A stretch of 64,000 bases of DNA. It comes from Chrysomallon squamiferum. Lineage: Eukaryota; Animalia; Mollusca. Below the pieces are notes generated by a model. The model searched no databases and was not told where the DNA came from. It was given only the letters and a program-made list of their open reading frames with translations. Both the position numbers and the translations under genes were made by a program. This document shows positions 1-13,912 of this stretch, piece by piece. Within the stretch, counting starts at the first letter, position 1. Each line of letters opens with the position of its first letter. Location: NCBI GenBank assembly GCA_012295275.1, contig CM022671.1, positions 9,176,001 through 9,240,000 on the forward strand, given 5' to 3'.

Positions 1-126
1 TCAAGTAAGAAAATAAACAAAAAATCAAACAAACAAACAAACAAACAAACAAATATAAATAATTTTTTCTTACTAAAATTGAAAATAACAACACGTTAAT
101 TTACGATAGATTACCATCCTTTAACA

Positions 127-128
<2 letters not shown>

Positions 129-166
<38 letters not shown>
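129..166. repeat. (AT)n microsatellite
   Basis: Direct reading. Confidence 0.95.
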
Positions 167-168
<2 letters not shown>

Positions 169-740
169 CAGGCAAGCTGAAAATACTTGTGGTGAATATG
201 GAAAAAAAAAATACACTTGGTTCTTAGATTTATAATTAATGTTATTTATAATGTGAAACAAATATGTATTTTTTGTTTTATGTATGTAAAGGGATAAATT
301 ATATATATACATATAAATAATGAATTTCATTTAGGTTTATCCAGTTTGTTACTATACAATGATAAAAACAAAATGAAAAGAAAAAACAGTATTGTTGTGA
401 CTTTTATACCTGAACAGTGATAAAAATAAAAACAAAAAGCATCTTCATTATAAATTATATAACAGTTAACATAATTAAAAGAATGCTTGAAAAATGTTCT
501 TGAAAAAAATAAAAAAATGTATTATTAAAAAACAATTAATAATTTTTTATTATTTTTTAGAATCAAACAAACAGAAAAAAAAGAAGAGGTCAAGAAACCC
601 CCCCAGAAAGTAACAATAATATCATAAATTGTCTTCCTTATCAATGATAAAACGAGATAAAAAATAAAACATTATTATGTTACAAGGTTGAAAAGACTGT
701 ATATGTAAGTAAATGAGTTTTGTGCTGGACACGTCATTAC

Positions 741-916
741 CCGTGGCTGTTGTCTACAGCTCCGATGACGTCAAGAACCTGGGGCCAGCCATCACACAGT
801 GTGTCGCCGTTGTTATGTAGAATATTCAGCACACATTCCAACTGTTTCTGTCGAATGTCCAGCTGATGTATGCTTGATAATTCATGTAGTGGGGACAGAA
901 TGGCAGCCTGGAGTTT
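741..916 (-). CDS. MON2: MON2 homolog (Golgi/endosome trafficking, Sec7-family-related), internal coding exon, 176 nt, phase 0 to 2
   Basis: Reverse complement translates as KLQAAILSPLHELSSIHQLDIRQKQLECVLNILHNNGDTLCDGWPQVLDVIGAVDNSH(G). This matches recalled human MON2 [59 protein letters not shown]. Acceptor is ...tttcacttcacAG at 918-917 and donor is GTAATG from 740. Confidence 0.95.
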
Positions 917-1697
917 CTGTGAAGTGAAATGAAATCAATGAAAGAAAAGAAAAGAACAGAAAAGAAAAGAAAAGAAAAAGAAATGAAATAAAAAAGTGTT
1001 ACTGAAATAATGTAATTTAAATTTAACAGAAAAAAAATGAATTACAATACAAAATACTCCACAAATAATAATAATAATAAAAATAATAAATTACTAAGAT
1101 AAAATTAAAAACAAAAAAAGAAATTTAACAAAATAAAAAACAGAAATAATAATAAAATAAATCCTCATTAATCCCTCCCATTGCTCATCTCTGTATTTAT
1201 ATTATTTTCTTTTACTTTTCACTTTTATCTTTCCTTGTATCACTCATAAACACATATACACAAACCTGTTACATATAATCAACATCAGCCAATGAACATA
1301 AGAAATTAAAATTTAAAGTTGAAAACAAGAGTTATCTCTCTTACACTAACATTTGGACTAAAAAATAAAAAAATAAATAAATCGTGCTTAAAAGAGTTTA
1401 TAATTTAAATTTTTATAGTGTCTCTGTTTTCACATTTGTTATTTTATTTTTTATTTTTTAAACACAAAAGGAATCATTTGTTATACAGAATGAAATGGCT
1501 TTATGAATTACTTCTTCTAAAATTACTTCCTTATTTTAATTTTTTTATTTTTATTTTACAATTTTTCCTTCCTTTTTAAAGCTTTTTTCTTCTTATTTTA
1601 CAATTTTTCCTTCCTTATTTTAATGCTTTTTTTCTTTTTTCACTATTTTAAAGAAACTAATAAAACAGATTACTGTGTGAGTGTAAAAACAACTCAC
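917..1697 (-). other. MON2: MON2 intron, 781 nt, GT-AG, phase 0
   Basis: Begins GTGAGT and ends cacAG between two in-frame exons that are contiguous in the MON2 protein. Confidence 0.92.
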
Positions 1698-1808
1698 CAG
1701 GTTTTTCTCAAGTGGTGGATCAAATTTATAAGCAAGAGCTGCTCTGACAAGGGAGGTAACTGCTTCTGCACCCCACGTTCTCATTCCAACATGAGGATGC
1801 TGACACAC
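1698..1808 (-). CDS. MON2: MON2 homolog, internal coding exon, 111 nt, phase 0 to 0
   Basis: Translates as [37 protein letters not shown], matching recalled human MON2 [37 protein letters not shown]. Acceptor is tttattttttAG at 1810-1809 and donor is GTGAGT from 1697. It splices in frame to the 741-916 exon. Confidence 0.95.
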
Positions 1809-2399
1809 CTAAAAATAAAAATAAAAATATTTAGTTTGCATTTCTACAATAAAGTATGTGATTTTCTAAATATATGCTTATGTAGAGTAATACAGCACAT
1901 ACATATGCAACATGGAAACAAAATATTTTCATCCTAGTTTGTATTCAAGCTAAATATGAGTTCATTTGCATATACATATGTATGTACACAAATACACACA
2001 AACACACCCACACATACATCCCCACAGTAACATATTCACACTAATCTGTATCAAGTTAAATATTAATTTTTAGTATAACTATCATAAATGGCGTGTTTGA
2101 ATATACAATAAAGTGATAAAATACAGATATGAGATTAATGCATATAACATTTATTTGAGGTGTTAATAATATATAGAATTGTTTGGATTTCAAGGGGGGA
2201 AAAAGTAAAAGAAAGAAAAGTAAAAAATCAATATATTCCACTTTATTGCATTACAAAATGAACACATTTGTATGTATATGTGCAATAATATGCACATGTG
2301 TTATAAGAATGCATTTGTGCGTGTATATGTTAGAGTCAGGGTTTTTTTTATATCTGAATATCTCTGGTAAATGTAGACTGAGTGAATCACATTAATAAA

Positions 2400-2560
2400 A
2401 GTTTTACATGTAACAAGATTCTCACTCTTTACAACTGTCTCAAGTACTTTAATATTGGTCATGCTTTTCCACGTCTTGCATTAATTCTGACAAAGAGATC
2501 TCACAGCTTATGAGTAATCCCAGCATCATAACTATTTCATTTCTGTCAGCCAGGAGTAGG
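2400..2560 (-). mobile_element. Decayed RTE-clade LINE fragment (region C-terminal to RT)
   Basis: Interrupted frame ...CKTWKSMTNIKVLETVVKSENLVTCK resembles the RTE motif ISWxDxxTNxEVLxxV. Contains stops. Confidence 0.35.
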
Positions 2561-4414
2561 GAGATGTGTTTCATAAATTTTATGTATGAGAAAGAACATT
2601 AATAACAATTAATAATTGTAAATTATGAGTTAGATAAATGGACTTTATCCAAGCATGGACAACACACACACACTAAAAAAAAAAAAAAAATATAAAAAAA
2701 GGAGAAGAAAATCCAACAAAAAGTAAAAATAAAAAAAAGAAAAAAATTCCTATAAATTGAAAAACATTAAAAATCCAAGATGTGAAAAAGGGAGACTTAA
2801 CATGTCATAAAATGAATGTTAATAAGCAGATACAGCTCTTGTTCTTTTCATGAAGTCATCAAGATTCTGAACAAAGGGACGTGATAGCAGTAACTGCAGG
2901 ATTAATACAGGATCACACTGCCATCTTGGTACACTTTATAGTCTCATCCAGTAAGTTATGGACATTGTTCATTTTCCAAGACAAAACTAGAAAGAAATCT
3001 CACGTCATTAAGTTTACACCATCATCTTCCTTTAGCAAGATAAGTGATAATGACAACAGATATTGCCTCGTCAGAATGAACCTGTTAATTCTGTTGCATA
3101 AACTTAGTTGATGAAATAATTTCTAAAGAAGTAAAAAAAAAAATTGGATGATAATAATAATAAATGATGATTATGATGATGATGACAGTGCAGGCAGTGA
3201 TAATGATGATAAAAACAGCAATAAATAAAAAATAAAAATGGGAAATGTTATTTTTTTCTTCTTCTTCTTCTTTTTTTGTTTGTTTTGTAACTTATTAATG
3301 TTACAAGCAATAATATTTGTTATAAATAAATTATACTGGTATATATATGTGTGTTGGCATGTTCTGGCCATCTGATTACAACATCTGCAAACTATTAACG
3401 TTCCTAACTGATTTAATGACAGTGGAATTAAGAGTAAATGGATATAAGGACACAGAATCAAACTGGCACGGTAATTTCTGACCACTTTTATCAGTGAAAC
3501 TGTAACAAGTCACTGAATTCATTATTAATCCTGCTGGGTAGGTAGGGAATAGCAGTGTACACAACTAATGTCTATTTGTAATGTCACAATTTAATTGTAG
3601 AAGTGATCAGGGAATTATTTCTGTGTTTTAAGCCACTTTCCATCTGCAAAGGATGCAACAAATGTAATAATCATAAAGTTAAAAAAAAAAAAAAGTTGTA
3701 TCAAACGTCTGTCCTTTAATAGAGTTAGTTCAAAAGTACACTTCAAAAGTACATCTGTGAGCTTTCATGTACAAAAGAAGAACTCATGGGTAAAAAAAAA
3801 AATAATAATAATAAAATAAAAAATAAAAAATAAAAAATCAGAAATATTCTTTCATCTCTAAGAGCTTTCAGTCTAAGAGAAACCACATAGAGAAATATTT
3901 TAAATCAGCATTAATATTTATTGTCATATCAGTCTTTTTGTTTGTTTGATGTCTCCATTTCAGGAAATATGTCTCTTGTCATTATTGTCATCTTTTTTCT
4001 TTAAGAAACACACAGAATAAATAAAAAGGTAAATTAAGAAGGATATCAACCTGTTGAATAGTGTACAATTAAACACACACACACACACACTCCACACACA
4101 AAATAAAAATAAAATACATGAATAAATAAAATTAGGAGGAAAACACAAATATATAAAGATTTTCATCTGTTTTTTTTTCATTTTTTTTTTTTCATTTGTA
4201 TTCATTACTCTTTTGAGAACTAACCAACAAATATAAGTCTATAAAACTAAATTTAATTAATTAAACAAAAGAAAATGAAAATAAATAATAATAATCATAA
4301 AAACTCAGCTGAAATAAATAGTGACTTTCTATCATTATAATATCATCTATTTGATCACAGACTATCAGTATTAAACTTAACACAACTAAGATACAAATTG
4401 TGAATGATCAGATA

Positions 4415-4640
4415 ACCATATTTCCTTATAATTCCAAACCAGTCATATATGAAACAATTTCTTATATTCTGAAGGCAGTCAAACATAAAATATAATCTCT
4501 CATAATCTGAAAGCAGTCAAATGTAAAACATATTTTATTGTAAGCTGAGGGCAGACAAATATGAAAGATATATTTTCTTAGAATCTGAAATCAATCAAAT
4601 ATATCAGCATTTTCACATAATCTGAAACTAGTCAAATCTG
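4415..4640. repeat. Old degenerate tandem repeat, about 36-41 bp unit, about 6 copies
   Basis: Recurring cttATAATCTGAAaGCAGTCAAATat core. Confidence 0.75.
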
Positions 4641-5339
4641 TCCAGAAATATGTTCAATAGTTCTGTGAATAATATTTTTTTTTACAGTTTCAGACTAGTG
4701 AAAATGGTGTTATGCTAAAGATATTACAATTTTTGACAAATGCTGTGATTCTGAATGAAATAAAAACAAAATAAGATGTCATGTCATTAGAGAATGTCTA
4801 GACTAATGTGATACAAAGCTGTTGTTTTTTCACTTCTATAAAGAGAAATATAAATATGTATACTGAAAATCTGACATTGTGAGTGTGTGTGTATAATCTG
4901 TAATCAAATTTGGAATATCTCCAGTGGAGAAACTGTTTTTATTCAGTTATTTTTTTGGGGGGGTTTCCAAAGTAACTAAATAAAGTTTTAAATTTAAATT
5001 TAGTCAAACATAGCATGGAAGATAATATTAAAATAAGTTTTAATAAGTTGTTTAAACCCATTTTGTTCTCAATAAACTAATATTATCTTTTTAATTATTC
5101 TGAAAAAAAATGAATCTGCTCAGTAAGAAAAATAAATAAATTTAAAGCTAATAATAATGATAATTAATGTGCTTAAAAAAACAAAAAAAAAAACTTACTT
5201 AAAACAAATCTCTTATGGCACTGACAATAAATAAACAACACAACAGAATATATACCAGTACTTTGATATTTAAAAAAAAAAAGTAAAAATACAAAAATAC
5301 GAAAATGAGATAAATGAATCTACCCAGTAGGAGATGCCA

Positions 5340-5790
5340 CAGGGCTAAGTAGAACAGTTAAAATGTAGGCTAGTTTGATGTAATTTTGAAAGAGGAAATT
5401 GCAAACACTGTACGTGTATCTGAAAACACCAGTAGAGAGTAGAAAACACCTGGCTGCTGATTGAGATTTTATTTTGAGACAATCTGTCATTGTTTGGTGG
5501 CAGAACTGGACTGCCTTCAGTTCCTCCAGTGATACAGAACACAAGTCTGGACACTGAAAAAATGACCTCATTGTTTTTGTGAAACAAGAGATGTTGGTCT
5601 TAAGAAATGTCTGAGCCATGACGCACACATGAAAAAAAAATAAAAAAATAAAAATAAAAAATCCACTGATTGGACTTGTGAAATGAAATGGCCTCAAGGT
5701 TATAGTGACACAAAATAATACATTAGTCTTGAGAAATAAATCAGCTTTGTAGATGTGACAGTAGAAGTGAATCTGACTCATTGCCACAGT
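5340..5790 (+). mobile_element. Decayed RTE-like LINE fragment
   Basis: Frameshifted pieces YRTQVWTLKK and EMLVLRNV resemble RTE YGxETWTLKK...FEMWxLRRM. Many stops. Confidence 0.35.
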
Positions 5791-6147
5791 GACACGAAAT
5801 ACAGCATTCGATTTTTAACAATGAACTGTCTTTCTTATTACAGTGATAAATAAATCAAAGATTTTAGAAATAGGTTGATTTCAGTACTGCAGCGTAAGAA
5901 AATATAAAGATATTGTAACAAATAAACTGGTGACAAATCTATAAAGAGCCAATAATATTATTACTGTTACCACTATCACCACCACTACTACTTTTATCAT
6001 TACCACCATATTACATAGGTCTACAATTATCATACAAAATTTACAGTATGTCTACTTAGATTACAGTACTGGTATGTATAAATGTATGAAAAACCTAGCT
6101 CTAATAAAAGCAATTTGGTTGTTGGTGATTACAACATAACTTATACC

Positions 6148-6178
6148 TTATTATTATTATTATTATTATTACTACTAC

Positions 6179-6217
<39 letters not shown>
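6148..6217. repeat. (ATT)n/(ACT)n microsatellite
   Basis: Direct reading. Confidence 0.95.
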
Positions 6218-6219
<2 letters not shown>

Positions 6220-7156
6220 TTTGTTGGCCTTAAACATGCCTGGCAGACACTGATATTGAAATAAAATCCAGGATTTACGATCACTATTTCTGTAGTCAGA
6301 CTCTTATAACAGTCTTTGCCTAGAAGTCAAGATTTCTTTTGGCTGAAGTTCATTCCTGTGATTTATCAATGCTGACATATTATTTCTCTTTAAAATGCCA
6401 CAGGATATCAGAATTCAAACATTAATATTTTGAATCAACATTTAGATTTAAAAAAAGAAGAAAAAAAAAAAGAGAAAAACAAGAAGAAAGAAAAATTAAA
6501 TAGAAAAAAAATGAATGAAGAAAAAAAGAAAGAAACTTATTAATTTGAAATGTATGTATATACACACACACACACTTATACATCCACTCACATCCACACC
6601 CACATACAATAACCTAAGTTTTAGTGACATACATATAACAAAAATTACTACAAAGAATAATGTATTCATTTTTTTTTAACACAGTAGAGATATATAAAAA
6701 ATTGAATGAATTCCTGAGTTTTTTTAAATATTGAAAATCTATTTGTAAATGTGTGTGAAAGTGGATTATTTTTTCACAAAGGAATTCAAATAGAAAGTGG
6801 ATTATCTTTAGAAAAATACAAGCTGAATATTTTAAATTTTAATTTTGTTGTGTCTAAATAAATAAATAAATAAAAATAAAGTGAAACAAAATAAATGTTT
6901 AACAATAAGTTTATAAATAAAAAATTTAGGTTTTTCATGCTTATAAAAATATAACAACAAAATAAGTAAATAAATAAAACTTAAATAATAATAATATAAT
7001 TTTTTTTACAAATAATAATAAATAATAAAAATAGCCTAAATTACCAATCTAATTAAATTTTTATTATTCACAACCTTTATAACATACATTAATAACAAAA
7101 AACCAACAACCCCCCAAAAAACAACAAACAAATGCAAGAATAATTTTTTTAAACAG

Positions 7157-7165
7157 TATACATAC

Positions 7166-7228
<63 letters not shown>

Positions 7229-7255
7229 AACACATATATACATACAAATATATAC
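7157..7255. repeat. Compound (TACA)n(TA)n(CA)n microsatellite
   Basis: Direct reading. Confidence 0.95.
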
Positions 7256-7771
7256 AAAAATTAATAAATAAATATATAAAAGTATAAAAAAAGTTTCTAA
7301 AATAGTGAAGAATTATATATTAAATGATATTTTTAAACAGAACAGTTTACCAAAAAAAAAGGTGGAGTCAAAAGAATAAGGTTAAAAATTATTGGTGTCA
7401 TTTCTCTGTTCAAACTGGAAAGGACATTCTGCTATTTGAATGCTTGAAGAAAAACAGTTTCTGCAAAAACTCTTAAAGACATTTGCTGACTTCAGAGTTG
7501 TAGATAATAAAATAATGAAAAATCCTGTAACATGACTGGTGTGTCATACAGCTCTTGACAAGTCTGTGCTTATGTCTGGTTTCCTCTTAATATGCTTTGT
7601 GGGAGGAATTTCTTTTCTTGGAATATTTTATTTTCAATTGATATTAACATTTTTTTTTTTTTTTTAAATATTAAAAAAAAAAAAAAGAAGAGAAGAAAAA
7701 AGAAAAAATTATATTGAAAATGAAGCAATAAAGACAAATACTTTAATTTCAAAATATCCACCAAGTAATAA

Positions 7772-7830
<59 letters not shown>

Positions 7831-7870
7831 AATAATAATAATAATAACAACAATAATATAATAATAATAT
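7772..7870. repeat. (GAT)n(AAT)n microsatellite
   Basis: Direct reading. Confidence 0.95.
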
Positions 7871-8917
7871 AAATAAGGATAAATGGTAATAAATAAAAAA
7901 ATTAAATTCTTTTCACTTTTATAGTCATGCTGGGAATGTTTATCTTTGTCTGTATCTATACAAACATTCCCAGAATGACAGTGCATGTCAGAAACTCATG
8001 TAAATTGATTAATTAACAAATATATTAACACAATTAACGCAGACAGTCAAACATCTGGGATTCTGCTGGCCAGTGTCCAGAAAGCAGGATGAAAGAATTC
8101 TGCTGACTTGCTTAACCTGTTATATGCAAACCAGACAAAACTGCAGCCACTTATAAATGATATTAACCATTAATCATCTTCCAAATCTTTCATCTAGATA
8201 CTACTAAAAATACCTCTAAAGAATTAAATATACAGTATTTTATAAATAAATTTTAGTGTTTTTAGTGTAATTATTTTAGGATTGAAATAGTAAAAGAAAC
8301 ATTTCATTCCAGAATAATCCTAGATAAAATTTGATAAATATATCTATATTTAAATAAATAATGTAATAAAAGTAAACAAAATTGTCAAAAGTAATGTTAA
8401 AAAACAACTTATATTCTTACAAACAGTTTCCAGGCTGATCAAATAAGATGACAACAAAAAAACATTTTTTTTTTATCATTATTACAAATGATATTCCAGG
8501 AAATGCACTTTTATTATACTGCTAGTGAGTTTGGAATGGGAAAAAATGCAAAGCTAAATGAATAAAATATTTGCTGTAATTTCTGTAAGTTACGGTAAAT
8601 TAGTAAAATAATTAAGATAAATATACATTATTTTTTTTTATACCTGGGGTTGTTGTAGATGGTGGTGATGGTTTTATGAATAATGCCGTTATTATTATTT
8701 TTATCATTAATGATACTGATATTGTTATGATCATGATCAATTGTTTATTAAATTAAGAAAAATGTTAAGGTTACCTGATGTAATAAACAAAATTATGAAT
8801 GAATGCTTTTAATTCATATTTCATTTTACTGTCAAATAGTTTTTCATAGAAACAGAAAATACTTGATAATTCTCCAAATTCGCAACATCTGTGGATCACT
8901 AAATGTCAGTAATAAAA

Positions 8918-8953
<36 letters not shown>

Positions 8954-11900
8954 CACAGCCACACCCACACACAACTTCCCATCTCTCCAATGCAGATGAG
9001 CACAGTAATCTGCTGAATTGCTGCATGATTATCTAATAAATTTCATGAAAATCATTATGACGTTTATTACACAGTCCAGACATTTAGGATGTATGTTTAG
9101 TGTTTCTGCTAACTATAATATTGGTTGCAACGATAAACTTTCACGGAGAAGAAATATTCTGCACAAAAGACAAACATTATGGAACAAATCAAACAGTAAG
9201 TTAAGATAATATTTTATCTTAAAGTGATAAAAAAAGACGTTGAAGCTAAAAGTAGTATCTTAAAGATTCAAAACATACAAAATATTCTATTAATGCACGA
9301 CAATAATAGACACATCCATCTGCTTGAGTATCAAACCTACATACTCAGTCAAACAAACATTTTCAAACACTAAAATATATACAGAGTAAAGGTAGGCATG
9401 TATAAAGAGATACATAAACCAAAATACTTAGACACAAATAAATATTAGACACACATAGGCACAGAATATAGATGAACACACAAACATTTACATTCCTTTC
9501 ATTCATAATTTTATGTATCAGCATTGTTTTGCAATATTAGACACCATCTCATAACCAAATCAACCATTAATTTCTAATACAGCACATATAAGTACTTATG
9601 TAAATCACTGATATGCTGGCCAGTGCTGTATATTTATATACATCTGTATATCAATTTGTTGCATATTCTTTGAAATACAAGACAACAGTAATGTTTTTGA
9701 TGTCAAGTGTATCACTAGCATAGATAACAACTCACTTAAAAGGTAGTTTGATGTATCAGCAAACATATAGGAATATGAAAAATGTAAAAACACACTGTAA
9801 AATGTTTTGAACAAGCTGTAAGATAACACACACTCAAAAAGACACACACACATACACATACAGACACATACATATACAAACATGTACACACACACATACA
9901 CACATAAATACAGAAACAAACACTATTGAACAAGGTAACATATATGAGAATATTGTAAAACTGTGAAATGCTATTTATACAAGCAACAACACAATCAAAA
10001 GCACTGCCATAATGTCAGTGACATGGTTTTGGTTTAATTTTAAAATAGCTAATAAATATAAATATAAATTATAAATTTATAAGGATATGGATATGGATAA
10101 TAATTTGAACAGAAATTATTAACTATTAAAACATAAAATTTTGATGTCATTGGTGCAGTTTTAGCTCAATTTCAGTATTGCTAATAAAAAAAAAAGTCTA
10201 AAGTTATAATACACACATTATCAGCTCGATTCACTGGATGCTGAAAATTAATTTAAATTAAATTAAAAACAAATAACTAAAGTTTCTAATGATGTTGATT
10301 TTTCGGTCTTTGTAGTTTTAACATCACTAATAAATGTATTTTGATTTATAAAACATAAAGAAAAATTCAGTTCAATGATTGTGAACAGCAATTTGAACAT
10401 GATATATTAATTGTGTTACTGAAGCAAGTATCCATGCATGAAATTATTAAACAAGCATGACAAACACAACTGCCATATTAAATATTAAATGCATACAAAA
10501 AAAAAAAAAAAAAAAAAAAAAAATTGTTTTCTTATACTAAATCAATAAAAGAAGGTGATGAAGCAAAACCAAAGTTAATCTCAAACCTTTTGATGTTTTG
10601 TCATGGATAATTCAAAACCATAGATATCAATATATTTTTTAACATGACAGTTAAATATTTATAAAAAATAAATGTTTCGATCTTGTGTATTTCTTCTAGG
10701 AATAAATATAAAAACTGGTGTAGGTCAGTATTATCAATTCCTACGTTATAAAATAATGAGAGGATTATGGGGTTTTTTGTTTTTTGTTTTGTTTTTATTA
10801 CATCATGGTAAAAGAAAATATTTTACATTCATATTTTTATATTTGTTAACACACACACAGATATACACACACATAAACTTTTATGAATAATTATCTTTTT
10901 GTATAAACATAAACGGCCAATATCTGATGTAATCAACATTTACATATACTTAGTATGTGTACATACAAAAACATTCATATTTACACCTCATTCAGATACT
11001 GCAATATATATATACACACACATATATATATATATTGGGTTAGAATATAATTTTGTATAGTTTCAGTAAGTGTATGGTTTTTTGAACATGTAATTTGATT
11101 TCACACATGACTACATATATACATATTCTGAAAGGTAAACAAAATGGTACAGCAATATGATTGAATAAATCTATGTAAAACTATCTAAATATCATCTGTG
11201 AATTTCACTTATAAAACACTATGAACTTTTAAAACACCCTCTATATATAAACATTTTTAAAAATTTAGAAACTATCCAAATCATTTGTTTTAATTGAAAT
11301 TTCTGTTAACTTGTTATCAATCAATGCTGAAGATTTATTTTTTCCCCCTTTTTTATCATATTTATTTAAAGATCTTTTTAAAACCCAATCTACAGTTTAT
11401 TCACATATGTTTCCAGCCACTCTTTTAGAGAAATCTAATCACATCACATCAGTCATATTCTTCTGTTACCTGCGGCTTTTCCAAAACAAGTACATCATTA
11501 TAGAAGAATTATGCCCACAAGCTGATGGCAATAATTTGTTAACACAAGCAACAATAATTCACCTTTTTCTTTTTATTTCTTCAAAGTCAACATTAGAAAA
11601 TTCAGCTAATTTCAGTCCATCTTCAAATTGTTGAAAATAAATGGAAGAGACTTTTCTGTGGTGGCAAGTTTGATACAATAGTTTTCGGTCTTATAAATAT
11701 TTAAAAATGCTTAATCTGATAAGCAATGTTCAATTATTAACAACAAAAAGAAGTTTCTTAAGATAGTTTTGTATTAATTTATAAACTTCTTGTTAGTTCA
11801 GTTTTTAAAACAAAATTAATTAATTAAACCAGAAAATAAAGATTGATGCATGAACAATTTTGATAAAATATTACAATTTATTTTTTTGTAAATGAAAAAT

Positions 11901-12479
11901 CATAATAAAAAAAATAATAAAAAAATTCATCCTTCAAATATCATTTTGAGTTTATTATTTCATTATCATACGTTATTATTAGTAAAGACAGGTACACTAA
12001 AAACAAATAAAACTCAGAAATTTTGTAGGTATTCAGACCATCTGAATATGTCAAACAAGTGTATGTTAATTCTGTTAATATTATATATACTGTTTCATCA
12101 TATATGTTTACTGCACTGCTAATAGATGTCCTCTTTGTAAAACACAAATAAACAAATATCTTATTCTCTGAAATATCATTATCACTATCTTAGAAAAACA
12201 TTAGATGTATATGTTTTATGCCACTAATTGTAAAACATACCCATTTCACAGAAAAAAGAAAAAAAAGAGAAACATTTAATACTAATTTCATCCAAATAAT
12301 AAATGATTTTATTCTTTTAATTTCACATATTTTTATCAACAACAGCAATTGCAATAATATCATTCCAGTTTAACTATCCTGTATCAAAATTCTTGACAAA
12401 AGACCATAAATAGTCTAAACTATATTAATAAAGAAAATGTAAAATATTAATGGTCATTTGATATACATTGTCGTATTTT

Positions 12480-12695
12480 CTGCAAAATGAATATGAGAAA
12501 GGAAACCCTGCTTCAGCTACTTGAATCAGTAGAAACAAAACATATTTTATTAAACTGTTTCTGTGGACATTTTCTGAGAGTGATAAATCAGCTATAAAGC
12601 TTGCTTGTAATGGGAAAAGGTAAATAATAAGGACTGATCTTACAACCTGTCATGCCAGAAACCAACCTCTAAGCAACTGAGTCTGGTACATGCAA
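12480..12695 (-). mobile_element. Decayed SINE-like element (probably tRNA-derived)
   Basis: 12490-12506 aatatgagaaaggaaac is the exact reverse complement of 32651-32667. Its layout is collinear with the copies at about 32.4 kb and 49 kb. It resembles a recalled gastropod SINE. Confidence 0.55.
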
Positions 12696-13881
12696 CAACG
12701 AAGTCAATTTAATTAAATAATTTAATCATTAACTCTTTTTGATAAAACATGATAAGATTAAAAGGTTAATCATGTGGGAAGGGAAAAAAAGAATTATTTT
12801 ATAAAACCATTAATTCCAATAACAACACATCTATTCCTCTGAGTATATTTAATCCAGTAGTCCTTCCTTTCAAAATTCTTAACACAAAAAGAAGTAATAA
12901 AATTTATGAATAAACACTGAACTTTTTAAATTGTTTATTATCAGTGTTAATTAAATGTTGCGCAAATTGTGAATACCTATCAGATGGCAATGTTAGACAT
13001 GTCTACTTATTTTAATGTTCTGCAAGTACTTGTTAACCACTGAACAATTTTTATATAATCTGAAAAAAAGAAAAAAAAAAAAAAAAAAAAAAGAAGTGTG
13101 TTGCTCAACTTTATTATTTCGGATTTTACTTTTGAGTCTAGACTTCTAAGTTATGGCACTGAATTTCTGCAAGCCTTGGTTCACTGGTTGTTTCTGAAGC
13201 TGTGAACATTACAATGTCTGGGATTGATCCAACACTGAAAGGGTTAAACTGAGGAACACTCTGCATTTCAGCAAGAATTATCAGCCTCATAATTTTTCTT
13301 CATGAGAAAATTTGCCAGTGCAGTCAACCACACATCACAAGCAGTGCATGGAAAGAAAGCCATACTCAACAAATAAAAAAAATATAAAAAAATGATACTA
13401 AAAACTGGACCATTATTCCTATACATAATACATAAAGAAATAAAAAGATGTTAAAATGGGAACCATTTTTTCCTAAACATCAGAATCAACTGCTTGAGTA
13501 TGACATAAAAAAGGAGTGATCAATGTACGTATGCCAGACTTTGATGGTTAATGACAATTATGTATAATGTGGCATTGTTGAGTTTTATTACTCTTCTGGT
13601 GCCAGTTTAATTAAGCACATTATTTCTTTTGATTTAACACAGACATAAAACAGAGCTGAGGATAATTCACCAATTTTCTCTACTAATATCGGTCAAGTAA
13701 CTAAAACAAAAACTATCAACAAGTCTTGCTAAAACACACTTTACAGAACAGAGTTGTTTATGTTGTTACCTTATTGGTTTAATACGTTCATTTTAGTTTA
13801 TCATCTTCATCATCATTACTGTTATTATTATATCATTATTACTATTTTTATAGTTTTTATATTATAATTATTAATGCCATT

Positions 13882-13912
<31 letters not shown>

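Noticed and set aside
5320-5787. 155-aa minus-strand ORF, or the missing upstream MON2 exon (ALWHLLLG resembles ..GHLLE)
   Set aside because: It has no ETGL/WRP motifs, the relevant frame is closed by stops, and there is no proper donor. It is better explained as the antisense of a decayed LINE.
7570-7986. 138-aa ORF with poly-Ile, and similar ORFs at 37347-37680, 40746-41100 and 61354-61741
   Set aside because: These are translations of microsatellites and low-complexity tracts.
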